The notes under the pieces were generated by a model. That model made no database searches, had not been told where the DNA came from, and saw only the letters and a program-made list of their open reading frames with translations. A stretch of 64,000 nt of DNA. Origin: a virus. Its lineage: Duplodnaviria > Caudoviricetes. Location of the stretch: positions 26,156 to 90,155 of the IMG/VR virus record IMGVR_UViG_3300044557_000281, one strand, 5' to 3'. The position numbers and the translations under genes are program-made. Within the stretch, counting starts at the first letter, position 1. Each line of letters opens with the position of its first letter. Shown one piece after another: positions 28,566 through 37,261 of this stretch.

Positions 28566-28899
28566 TATAATTTGCCCTCCTTTGGTCTTATTATAACTCT
28601 TGTTTTGATTAAAGTAAAGCCATAATCTTATTATTTTCATTTGTTTCGGTGGACTGTAAGAGATGTCCGTATACTCGTTGTACCATAGAGGTGTCTGTAT
28701 GTCCTAAACGCTTAGCTACCACCTGTAATGAAATTCCTTTGGGTGAACTACTCACCACTTAGCTAAACCTAACGGTTTCTTACGCTTGAAGTGGGAGCTT
28801 CTTGGGAATAGAGCGTACTTGCAAGCGTATTTCTTTGCTCACAGCGGTGTCTCTTATTTACCAAGCTATCCCCGTAGTTCCTACGGTTCTTGATTGTAC

Positions 28900-30051
28900 C
28901 TAAGCTAATGATTGTATTCTTAGACCTTCGGTCAAGATATTGATACTAGCGTTGATGTCTCGGTCGTGTTGAGTATGACAAATAGGGCAAGTCCATTCTC
29001 GAATATCAAGAGATTTCTTACCATCTTTGTGTCCACAATTCGAACAGATTTGGCTAGATGGAAACCACTTATCTACTTTGATGATTTTCCGACCGTACCA
29101 GTCAGCTTTGTATTGTAATTTAGTCACAAAACTAGACCAAGAAACATCCGAAATACTTTTTGCTAGTTTATGATTACGCAACATACCTTTTGTGTTTAAG
29201 TCTTCAATACAGATGATATCGTGATTTTTGATAATTTCTGTACTCAACTTATTCAGAAAATCAGTACGTTGATTCATTACTTTTTCATGCAATCGTGCTA
29301 CTTTTCGTTTTTGCTTTTGGTAGTTTTTAGCTTCGAATAGATTGATACCTTTCTTTTTAGCTAAAAGACCGCGTCTTGACAACTTACATTGTTCACGTTT
29401 TAGTTTCTTTTCCATTTTGGATGTGAATTTATTATTATCAATTTTTTGTCCGTCAGAAAGAATTGCAAAGTCAGTAATACCTAAGTCAATACCAATCGCA
29501 GACTTCATCTTAGGTAATTCGTTAACTTCTTCTTTGCATAACAGAGAAACATAGTATTTACCGCTAGAATGACGTGAGATTGTAGCGGACTTGATAATCC
29601 CTTTAGGCTGTCTATGAAGTTTAATTTTGATTAATGATTTTAATTTAGGAACTTTGATAAGTCTATTATCAATCAAAGAAATTGTTCCATTTTGATTATT
29701 CGTTGTATAACTCTGAACAGGATTTTTCTTACTCTTGAAACGAGGAAATCCAATGGATTTATCCCGAAAGAAATTCTTGTATGCTTTATCTAAATTAAGT
29801 TGTGCATTGGCTAAAGCAAGGCTATCAACTTCCTTCAAAAACGGAAATTCTTTCTTGTATTTAGCAGGTGTCGGAAAAGTCATTGTTTTAGAAGAATCAT
29901 TTTTTACTTCTTCATACGCCTTTATTCGGTCATTAAGCATTAGATTGTAGACCTTACGGATGCAACCAAAAGACTTAGCAAAGAAAATTTCTTGTTCTTC
30001 TGTTGGATATAATCTAAACTTATATGCTTTTAGTCGTTCCATAAGGCTCAC
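28900..30051 (-). CDS. tnpB: RNA-guided endonuclease TnpB
   Basis: IGIDLG, ICIEDL, zinc finger, HDRDINAS. Confidence 0.97.
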   Translation of the reverse strand: MSLMERLKAYKFRLYPTEEQEIFFAKSFGCIRKVYNLMLNDRIKAYEEVKNDSSKTMTFPTPAKYKKEFPFLKEVDSLALANAQLNLDKAYKNFFRDKSIGFPRFKSKKNPVQSYTTNNQNGTISLIDNRLIKVPKLKSLIKIKLHRQPKGIIKSATISRHSSGKYYVSLLCKEEVNELPKMKSAIGIDLGITDFAILSDGQKIDNNKFTSKMEKKLKREQCKLSRRGLLAKKKGINLFEAKNYQKQKRKVARLHEKVMNQRTDFLNKLSTEIIKNHDIICIEDLNTKGMLRNHKLAKSISDVSWSSFVTKLQYKADWYGRKIIKVDKWFPSSQICSNCGHKDGKKSLDIREWTCPICHTQHDRDINASINILTEGLRIQSLA

Positions 30052-30058
30052 CTACTTT

Positions 30059-30463
30059 CTATTTATGATTATTCCCTTGATTCTGAATATATTTCTTTAT
30101 AACGTCAATCGGTGCACCACCAGTAGTCAAAAGACAGAAGCTTTTAGACCAGAACATTTCCTTCCAGAGAAATTGTTTTACTCTTGGAAAGTCACGTTTT
30201 ATCAAACGAGAACTAGCACTTTTATAGGCATTGATGAATTTTGTTAATTCCGTTTTTGGTTGAGCTTTGAACATGATGTGAATATGGTCTTTATCATGAT
30301 TCCACTCAACTAAAGTAATGTGATACGATTTTGAAATTCTTTCAAAAGTATCTTTAGCATAATCAGATATTTCATCATCAATCACTTGTCTACGATACTT
30401 CGTTACTAAAACAAGGTGGTAATAAAGAAGGAATACTGAATGATTATTTGTGTCTAATTCCAT
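30059..30463 (-). CDS. tnpA: IS200/IS605 Y1 transposase
   Basis: YHLVLVTKYRR, DHIH, FWSKSF, YIQNQ. Confidence 0.97.
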   Translation of the reverse strand: MELDTNNHSVFLLYYHLVLVTKYRRQVIDDEISDYAKDTFERISKSYHITLVEWNHDKDHIHIMFKAQPKTELTKFINAYKSASSRLIKRDFPRVKQFLWKEMFWSKSFCLLTTGGAPIDVIKKYIQNQGNNHK

Positions 30464-30732
30464 GTTATATCAACTCATTTCTTATATAGACTGATTATAA
30501 CATAAGATAAAATAAAAAGTCAATATTGCCTTAACTGTCGGTTTTCGAGTTACCAACGGTAACCCTTATACTGAACGGCATTCATCACCCACCTATAGAG
30601 GATGGGCGACTTCTGCCTAATTCTGTTAAAAGGTAGGAAGCATGTGTATGGCGTAATTTATGGAACGCTGACACTCCACACGACTAAAGTCGTGGGGTTC
30701 TTAGGTAGTACACCCTAACAGGTGCAAATTTA

Positions 30733-30945
30733 CTAAGCTATCCCCGAAAGTCCTTCGGTTTTAATATTTACGCTTGTCCAAGATAATATAACGGGGTATA
30801 GAACCCTATATGTGGGTGCTACTACGATAAAAGATTCGTTTATATATAAGAAAGGGTTTGTAGGGTCTATCTCCACACTAGGTAGAGATAGCTTTTCTAC
30901 AAACCTCTTAACATTGCCTGTTAAACTTAAGTAGGCAACTAACAT
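30733..30945 (-). pseudogene. nrdI: Truncated flavodoxin-like NrdI fused to the tnpB 3' end
   Basis: YLSLTGNVKRF...IVVAPTY, then [11 protein letters not shown], identical to the C-terminus of tnpB 52773-53891. Confidence 0.8.
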
Positions 30946-30947
30946 AT

Positions 30948-31178
30948 TTAAACTGCCAACTTAGCAATCAAGTCAGGTCTAAACCCTGAGAATGGCTCTC
31001 CTACAGGAGGGACTACGAAAGGTGCCTCCATAGCACCTTGGTTGACCGCCTCTTCTCTATACTCGTCATTAAGGTCAATATGTCTCTCTTCATACTCTAA
31101 CCCTAATTTTTCTAACTCTTTCTTAGTAAAGGTACATTGTCCGCACCCTGCCTTAGAATATACAATAACTTTACTCAT
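30948..31178 (-). CDS. nrdH: Glutaredoxin-like NrdH
   Basis: YSKAGCGQC, APFV, FSGFRPD. Confidence 0.9.
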   Translation of the reverse strand: MSKVIVYSKAGCGQCTFTKKELEKLGLEYEERHIDLNDEYREEAVNQGAMEAPFVVPPVGEPFSGFRPDLIAKLAV

Positions 31179-31194
31179 TCAAAACCACCCTTAT

Positions 31195-31914
31195 TTAATG
31201 TATTACTTTATATAATCTTTCTGTCCTACCTCTATTTGAATTGTTTATGGATGATACCCCTATAGTCACCTCTTTGCACCAAAACTCCTCAAAAATGTCC
31301 TCAGGCATATCATACTCACTAATAAGCACTGTGTTATTCTCTGCCATTTGTACACACCACTCATAAAATTCATTATGAGAAAATGTGTCCCGATAACCTA
31401 AGGTACTTTTATAGGGAGGGTCACAATAAATAACGGCACCCGATACTGTTTTAGGGTCATAGTCCTTATACGAGCCTAACCCAAATTTTATACCCTTTAA
31501 GTTAGGAGCTTGGTTAATAATATTACGTATACCTTCACTAGACATGTCACGTTTACCCTTTCTGTCTCTAGCAAACCCGCCAAAGTATTTAGCCCCAAAT
31601 GTAGCACAAAAACCTACTAAGCCAACGTACCAATCAGGGTAGCTATTCTTATTATCCCTAACATTGATATACTCGTCCTCAGTTATCGTACTAGGTAAGT
31701 TACTAATATTGTCCTCGTCTTGGACATAAACAAGTAGTGCAATAAGTTTCTCATGAACATCCGTCCCTATCTTAACTGGACTCTTAATCTTATCAATCAT
31801 ATTAGCCCCTCCAACGAAGGGCTCTATGTACATTGTAGTATCCTCCGTTATATATGATTGAATTATTGGTGCTATTTGTTTACTCAGCCTGTTTTTACTT
31901 CCTACGTATTTCAT
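31195..31914 (-). CDS. Dam-like (D12 class) adenine methyltransferase
   Basis: KYVGSK, IEPFVGG, YCDPPY, LISEY. Confidence 0.9.
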   Translation of the reverse strand: MKYVGSKNRLSKQIAPIIQSYITEDTTMYIEPFVGGANMIDKIKSPVKIGTDVHEKLIALLVYVQDEDNISNLPSTITEDEYINVRDNKNSYPDWYVGLVGFCATFGAKYFGGFARDRKGKRDMSSEGIRNIINQAPNLKGIKFGLGSYKDYDPKTVSGAVIYCDPPYKSTLGYRDTFSHNEFYEWCVQMAENNTVLISEYDMPEDIFEEFWCKEVTIGVSSINNSNRGRTERLYKVIH

Positions 31915-31924
31915 GTTAAACCTC

Positions 31925-32890
31925 CTAGATAAAGTCGTCTGAAAATACTTTGTCCACTAACTCTGTTAAGTAGTTTAAAGTTATTTCACCGTCATTTTCT
32001 TCTAACCACTCATTATAAGCGGAAAGGAACCACAGCATGTAGGTTGTGTCCACTCCGATTAATTGCTCCCTTAAAACGTCAGGGTTTTTCAAATCTAACT
32101 CTTGTAGCTGAAATACCATTTTAAGAATCTGACCTGCGTTAACAGAGAACCCTCTTTGAATAAACTTACGCATACGGAATAGAGAACATAGTGGAAACTT
32201 AGAACCTGTGTATACTAGCTCATGAGTCATCATAGACACAAGGGCTTCCTTAGGTAAACCTAATTCTTTTTCTTTAGGGTCATACCAACAAGTACAATGA
32301 ACGAAATCAAAGTTCTCATGTATTTGTTCAGGAGAACCAACAAACCTCAATATAAGCTGTACTTTACCTGTTAAACTAATTGCGTTGTCTGTAAAATACA
32401 CTGGTTTGTGTCTAGTTTCCTCAGTGTCCTCCACATTAGTATCTTCATCAGTTGTAGGTTTCAAGTCCTCATTTTTAAGTAACTCAGTATCTTGTGCCAC
32501 ACCTGACGATTTTATAAATACTTTTATCGGGTCAGTTGCTCCTTTAAATTTATGTGCGTCTGCCACATCAATATCTACACTCTCGCCTTCTCCTCCATAT
32601 CCCTCTACGGAGGACGTTGTAATATCAGCATACTGTAGTTTAACTGATTCTTTGTTTTTCTTTTTATTAAACATTTTAGCATAGTAATCTGCGACTATAA
32701 TAGCTGAGTACGTGTCCCTAAAGTATATATCTAGGTCGTTCAAATCACCTACCATAAGTAAGCTAGCAACAGCACCTCCTGTTACGAATGTGCCGTCTTT
32801 AGCTACTTTTCTTACTTCTTCGTCTGTTATAGATTCTAGCCATGCTTTGTGTTTTCTACCTATAATGCTTTTTACAGTTTTAGTTTTCAT
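31925..32890 (-). CDS. Nucleotidyltransferase-superfamily protein
   Basis: TGGAVAS...DLDIYF motif; own TTGACA promoter. Confidence 0.65.
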   Translation of the reverse strand: MKTKTVKSIIGRKHKAWLESITDEEVRKVAKDGTFVTGGAVASLLMVGDLNDLDIYFRDTYSAIIVADYYAKMFNKKKNKESVKLQYADITTSSVEGYGGEGESVDIDVADAHKFKGATDPIKVFIKSSGVAQDTELLKNEDLKPTTDEDTNVEDTEETRHKPVYFTDNAISLTGKVQLILRFVGSPEQIHENFDFVHCTCWYDPKEKELGLPKEALVSMMTHELVYTGSKFPLCSLFRMRKFIQRGFSVNAGQILKMVFQLQELDLKNPDVLREQLIGVDTTYMLWFLSAYNEWLEENDGEITLNYLTELVDKVFSDDFI

Positions 32891-32952
32891 AATTATCTCC
32901 TTTTATCATATTTTAATTAATAATACCATAAAAGAGATAATTTGTCAACTAA

Positions 32953-33032
32953 TTACTTTATATGTTTAACTCTAGCGTCAATCTCTTTTTTACGACCATA
33001 CGCATTAGGTCTAGCTTGTGGTTGTCCTAAAT
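32953..33032 (-). pseudogene. nrdD: Orphan 3' exon of anaerobic ribonucleotide reductase
   Basis: (Y)LGQPQARPNAYGRKKEIDARVKHIK matches the NrdD C-terminus at the glycyl-radical CGYLG motif; no 5' exon in the window. Confidence 0.75.
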
Positions 33033-34271
33033 CCTTTATACCCTCGGTTTCCCGATATTTATTAGGGGCATAGACTATACAATCACCTAAACGGTGGCTA
33101 TATTATAGTCGTTGAACGTTATCTATGGTTAACTTTTTATATTTTTCATATTTACGGTCTAGATACACAGTAGCATTCCTGTACAGTATAGTTAACGCCA
33201 TTCTAGCGTTGTTACCTCCTAGAGAGATATAGAAAATACCTTTAGCCCTGTATAACTGACTTTTAGACTTTGGTGCAATTATCGGCTTAACCACTGACAA
33301 GAGTTGTTCAGTACCTAGCATAGAAAACCTAACTCCTGATTTGCTGTTGTATACTGAACCATCTCCATCGAAGTAACCTCTAATAAAGTGGTTAACTAGA
33401 TTATCGTCTAGTTTAGGAAACTTTAGTGTTTTACTTTTGTTGGGTGTTAGCCCCTTGTCTAGTAAGTCATTATACATTTTTCTACTAGTAATGTTTAGTA
33501 CACAATACTTGTAGTCTTCACCGCTGTATGAGCTACTATTGCTAGTATACACATGAATAGGGATGTTACTGCTTAAACTTGAGTTTAATTTGTGTAAGTG
33601 GTCTATATCCTTTACAGATAACTTCACGCCTATAACTTTCCCGTTAGTAACGTACCCATCAGCCATGAGAAAACCTAACCAGTAAGCTTTATGCTCTGTG
33701 TTTATAACCTCAAAGTAGTCGTCATCCCAAGTATAAACCTTACCATTAGACTCTACCCCTCTAATAGAAATGTTATTCTCTAGTAGCACTCTCTTTATTA
33801 CAGATGTGCTTACTGAAAACTTACTGGCTATTGCTTGTTGACTACTTCCTGCATTGTAACTTGTTAGTATAATTTCTATATCTTTATCCGTAAATATTTT
33901 CTTTTTTACCACATGTGTACCTCCTATAAGTTAGTTATACTTATAATATAGCACAATGGAGTTTAACTGAGCCATAAATCTTCGATGCGGATTTCCCATT
34001 TATCCACCCTTAGCACCTTTGTGACAAGGCTTTTATTTCAGCTTAGGTAATCTAACTAATTTTTTCTGCTTTCGCAACGTTCACGCTCACCGTTTCCAGT
34101 CACGTTGTAATTTAGTTAGCTTTACGTATTTCCAGCAATTCAGTTTCTTCATTGGGCAATATGAGTTTTTGTATTGCCTCTAAATGCAAGTTTCCCTACA
34201 TTCTTACAGTACGTCTACGGGCTATCATCCACACGGTTTTAACCGTGTGGGTTTTCTCGCCCGCAAATTCT
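33033..34271 (-). ncRNA. Chimeric group I intron containing a homing endonuclease
   Basis: Core P 34129-34140, Q 33985-33994, R 33106-33117, S 33072-33083. Confidence 0.85.
33103..33912 (-). CDS. Double-motif LAGLIDADG homing endonuclease
   Basis: YWLGFLMADGYV and FIRGYFDGDGSV; ORF runs into intron P7; GGAGG RBS. Confidence 0.93.
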   Translation of the reverse strand: MVKKKIFTDKDIEIILTSYNAGSSQQAIASKFSVSTSVIKRVLLENNISIRGVESNGKVYTWDDDYFEVINTEHKAYWLGFLMADGYVTNGKVIGVKLSVKDIDHLHKLNSSLSSNIPIHVYTSNSSSYSGEDYKYCVLNITSRKMYNDLLDKGLTPNKSKTLKFPKLDDNLVNHFIRGYFDGDGSVYNSKSGVRFSMLGTEQLLSVVKPIIAPKSKSQLYRAKGIFYISLGGNNARMALTILYRNATVYLDRKYEKYKKLTIDNVQRL

Positions 34272-35196
34272 ATAAGTGGTCTGGTACACCGCAAGCGGTT
34301 AAGACTCTTCTTAAAGTTTCGTTCACTGTAGAATTAACTGGGTTACGGTCTGTGGCTACAAAGTAAGGGGCATGTGGTTGAATTGTGTCATAGATGCTTC
34401 GCCACTGCTCAAATTTAGCTAAGAGAGTTAACCAATCTTGGTCAATTACAATCGTTCGTACACTAGATAAGTTCTTGGTTGGGGCATAATCTTTGGTATA
34501 TTTATAATCCCAAGTCTTATCAATTCGGATTGTATTATTGTTGATTGAATCCTGATTTAGTCCTAGAATTTCAGATAAACGAGCACCAGTCTTTAGGGCT
34601 GTGTAAATAGGGAACATATAATACTGGATAGCGGTTTCTCTAGCCCTCGGTTTCCCTTGGGTATTAAAAGAAACTGGTTCCTTGGTTAAGAATGTGTTTA
34701 ACCATGCTTCTGTATAAGAGACCACTCTAGTGTACTCATCTACCTCTAACTATTTCTTGGCATTTCGCTCATTAGACAGTTCTAAGATAGTCATTTGGTC
34801 GTCCTTACTGGTTAGAGTGATACGTTTATAAGGGCTTACTGGGATATAATTATCAATTACTGCGTCCGATAAGCATGATTTTATGTAGTTACTTTCTGTT
34901 TTTACTGTTCGTTTACGGTGGGTTAGCCCGTAGTCTTGCATATACTGCTGAATATCTTTACGAGTAATTTTAGTGAGTTGTAGTTGCCCTAGATTAGATT
35001 TAGCTAATCGGTCTCCTGTAATCGTGTATTTTTCTAAGGTTGCTAATCCTACATTAGGTTTCTTGTATAAGTTTACCCACTCGTTATACCACTCTGTCAT
35101 TTTCATGTTATTTATTCTCTCCTTCTTTGTTTTAAGTACAAGCGTAGTATAACAGTATTTATTAGTGTTGTCAATACTAATGTTAGAGTAAAATAA

Positions 35197-35222
35197 AATG
35201 ATTAGTTGTGTGAACTAATCAT
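35197..35222 (-). terminator. Intrinsic terminator just outside the invertible cassette
   Basis: ATGATTAGTT-loop-AACTAATCAT followed by a T-rich tail on the minus strand. Confidence 0.7.
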
Positions 35223-35258
35223 TCTATTCTTCATGCTATTTAAACAACAAATTTCGTT

Positions 35259-35723
35259 GTTGTAAAACGAGAGGAACTAACGGGAACTGATGTACAGCAA
35301 CGTGTGGAAACGACTATTTACGTAAGAAATAGAATCATTGCTAAATCAATTGTTAAAAACACTTATATTAATCCGGCAAACGGAAATGAAGATTACCAAG
35401 AGGGGAATGCTGTATTCACTACAGCACCCATCGCAATTGCCGTCAAAGAAGTTTCGATAGCAAAATATGAAAAAACTACATATGGAAACATTGCTATGAG
35501 TTTTTATAAAGCTATTCCACCGTCTGGTTTTGTGAATACTCTTGTTGTTACCACAGATGGAGAAACCAAGGAATCTATGTCGTTTACAATTGATGAGAGT
35601 ATTAATTATATCCGCTTTAGTCCTGATGCAAATAACGGCGACTATAATTTTAAATTCAAACTAGTATCTGGAACTGAAATAGGCGGAAGAACACTAGCTC
35701 CAGAGGACATCTTAGCTAGCTAG
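35259..35723 (+). CDS. Silent alternative C-terminus (variant B) of the 35712-36317 protein
   Basis: Open from the repeat (VVKREELTG...YVRNR...TLAPEDILAS); no RBS before the GTG at 35304. Confidence 0.75.
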   Translation, partial: VVKREELTGTDVQQRVETTIYVRNRIIAKSIVKNTYINPANGNEDYQEGNAVFTTAPIAIAVKEVSIAKYEKTTYGNIAMSFYKAIPPSGFVNTLVVTTDGETKESMSFTIDESINYIRFSPDANNGDYNFKFKLVSGTEIGGRTLAPEDILAS

Positions 35724-36200
35724 TATACTTTCAGCTGGAATGGTCCAAATGTATGAATCTTCCGAACTACCTTTTCTTAAAGAAAGCTTGCGTGCCTGAC
35801 AGATAACTGGTAGATTGCCATCATTTTGGGTAATCATGACCAGACCGAGGGTCGTAGAATTTTCGGTTGTCAGTACTGTCGCGGTTGTGATACCCTTGCT
35901 TCCATTTTTCACTTCTTGATTGCTTCCCCAATCTGCAACTGTGCCATCAGAAAGATGGGACTGTAATTGTACACTTAAAGGCAATGTGTTAGAAGGCGCG
36001 GTATTATCAATTTCTATGCTTGCCGTATAATTTTCGTTAGATTGAACATTGAGTAGTTCAATCTCCCCATTGTTCCAACCAGTAAATTTATATTCAACCC
36101 ATTTTGAGGTACTAAGTAAACTAGTTAAATTGCGACTATACACCACTACCCCCTCACGCTCAACGGCACCACTAGTAGCTACAACATCTCGTTTTACAAC
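35259..36200. other. Putative invertible cassette bounded by 14-bp inverted repeats
   Basis: GTTGTAAAACGAGA at 35259-35272 (+) and its reverse complement at 36187-36200. Confidence 0.8.
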
Positions 36201-36317
36201 GTCTAACGGTTTCACTGTTAACGCGCCTGTATCGTCCTTCACACATTGGAACCACACATAGTCAGAGGCGGTGTCTGTTGGTTGCACTTTATATAAATGT
36301 CCTTCGATTAATTTCAT
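35712..36317 (-). CDS. Putative virion protein with carbohydrate-binding-module-like domain (variant A)
   Basis: YSRNL...KLSLRKG...WTIPAE resembles the RNL...KLExG..W.PAPED pattern of Firmicutes phage tail CBMs. Confidence 0.7.
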   Translation of the reverse strand: MKLIEGHLYKVQPTDTASDYVWFQCVKDDTGALTVKPLDVVKRDVVATSGAVEREGVVVYSRNLTSLLSTSKWVEYKFTGWNNGEIELLNVQSNENYTASIEIDNTAPSNTLPLSVQLQSHLSDGTVADWGSNQEVKNGSKGITTATVLTTENSTTLGLVMITQNDGNLPVICQARKLSLRKGSSEDSYIWTIPAESILAS

Positions 36318-37243
36318 GCGGTTACTCCTTTTACCATAGTAAGAAAGTCAGTTTGAGATAACGAGTGAACAACACTATCCGTATCACTTGCCACACCGTC
36401 CACTGTTATATTAAGACTTTGTTTACTAATGATTTCTGTATTTTCATAAATGTCTTTTGGTGCATAAGTAAAAGTAATTAAGTCTGTAGTAGCCCCTTTA
36501 ATCACTTTGTGTTTGTTGCTATATTTTCCACTATCTGCGTCCATAGTCACAATAAGACTAGCTGTTCTATCGGGGGCAGTGAAGCTGAAGTTCCCTCCGG
36601 CTACTGTGGTTGTATTTTTATCTTGTTTTAACATGGTGCCACCGTCACCATACCATGTGAAGCTCACATTGCCCGTCCCAGCCGGTAGAATGCAACTATA
36701 GACCATCCCACTACTGGCTTTAATAGAACCGGTTACAAAGGAAGCTGTGGCGTCTACGATAGCGCCTGTAGCGTCCACACTCTTTAACGGTGTCACACCA
36801 CCGGTCACAATTAAGTTTTTACTGTACACGGTTTTACCGTCACTGGATTGGATTAAATCTACTGGTGTCACTTGTCCGTACACACTTACATAATACACAA
36901 ACTTACTAACGGTATCTGCCGGTTGTACAGCATACAATAAACCGTCTGTAGCAAAGAAGCTATCGGCATTGTTTATGTGGGTCATAAAGTCGGTCTGACT
37001 AATGGAAATAGTCTCATACTTCCCATTGCTTACTACACCGTCTACTGTAATGAAATAATCAGTCAGTATAGGTAAAGCAGTAAATCCCGGTACGTATTGT
37101 TTTAAGCCGTCACTCGTTCGTTTAACATAGTAACTATTAGGTGGTACAACTTGCCTACTCAATAAACCAGAAATTACTAGTGAAGTTTTATCCCCACTAG
37201 TAATTAGTTTATTGGCAGAATCGTATAATTCGTATTTAGCCAA
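36314..37243 (-). CDS. Putative virion accessory protein
   Basis: 309 aa, beta-rich; two ITVDG..SQTDF motifs. Confidence 0.75.
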   Translation of the reverse strand: MAKYELYDSANKLITSGDKTSLVISGLLSRQVVPPNSYYVKRTSDGLKQYVPGFTALPILTDYFITVDGVVSNGKYETISISQTDFMTHINNADSFFATDGLLYAVQPADTVSKFVYYVSVYGQVTPVDLIQSSDGKTVYSKNLIVTGGVTPLKSVDATGAIVDATASFVTGSIKASSGMVYSCILPAGTGNVSFTWYGDGGTMLKQDKNTTTVAGGNFSFTAPDRTASLIVTMDADSGKYSNKHKVIKGATTDLITFTYAPKDIYENTEIISKQSLNITVDGVASDTDSVVHSLSQTDFLTMVKGVTA

Positions 37244-37261
37244 TTGTTATTGTCCTTTCTA

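Larger units (their letters stand above)
28743..30625 (-). mobile_element. Complete IS605-type element (tnpA + tnpB)
   Basis: Starts CAGAATT after TTTAA and ends TTCAC; excising it restores the recombinase frame (LL-T-KG). Confidence 0.93.
30668..34271 (-). mobile_element. IStron-ended element carrying phage cargo (3604 bp)
   Basis: Left ~150 bp and right ~110 bp nearly match the ends of the primase IStron; inserted at TTAT and ends TCAG; no tnpA, only the last tnpB codons. Confidence 0.88.
28609..35106 (-). pseudogene. Tyrosine recombinase in three pieces with one in-frame TAG
   Basis: 35106-34272 + 30667-30626 + 28742-28609 = 1011 nt in frame; TGARLSE, TKN, FHKLRH, LGH and RVY all present; TAG at 34752-34750. 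Confidence 0.9.

Noticed and set aside
34184-34366. Similar small plus-strand ORFs here and at 54634-54900
   Set aside because: They are the reverse strand of the shared IStron left end, not a gene family.
34750-34752. TAG read-through or alternative genetic code
   Set aside because: Other genes here end normally at TAG (e.g. tnpB 28900-30051); a single nonsense mutation in an already disrupted gene is simpler.
28609-35106. Recombinase as a prophage integrase
   Set aside because: No att site, repressor or host junction is visible; the adjacent inverted-repeat cassette is a better substrate. Integrase or resolvase roles are not excluded.
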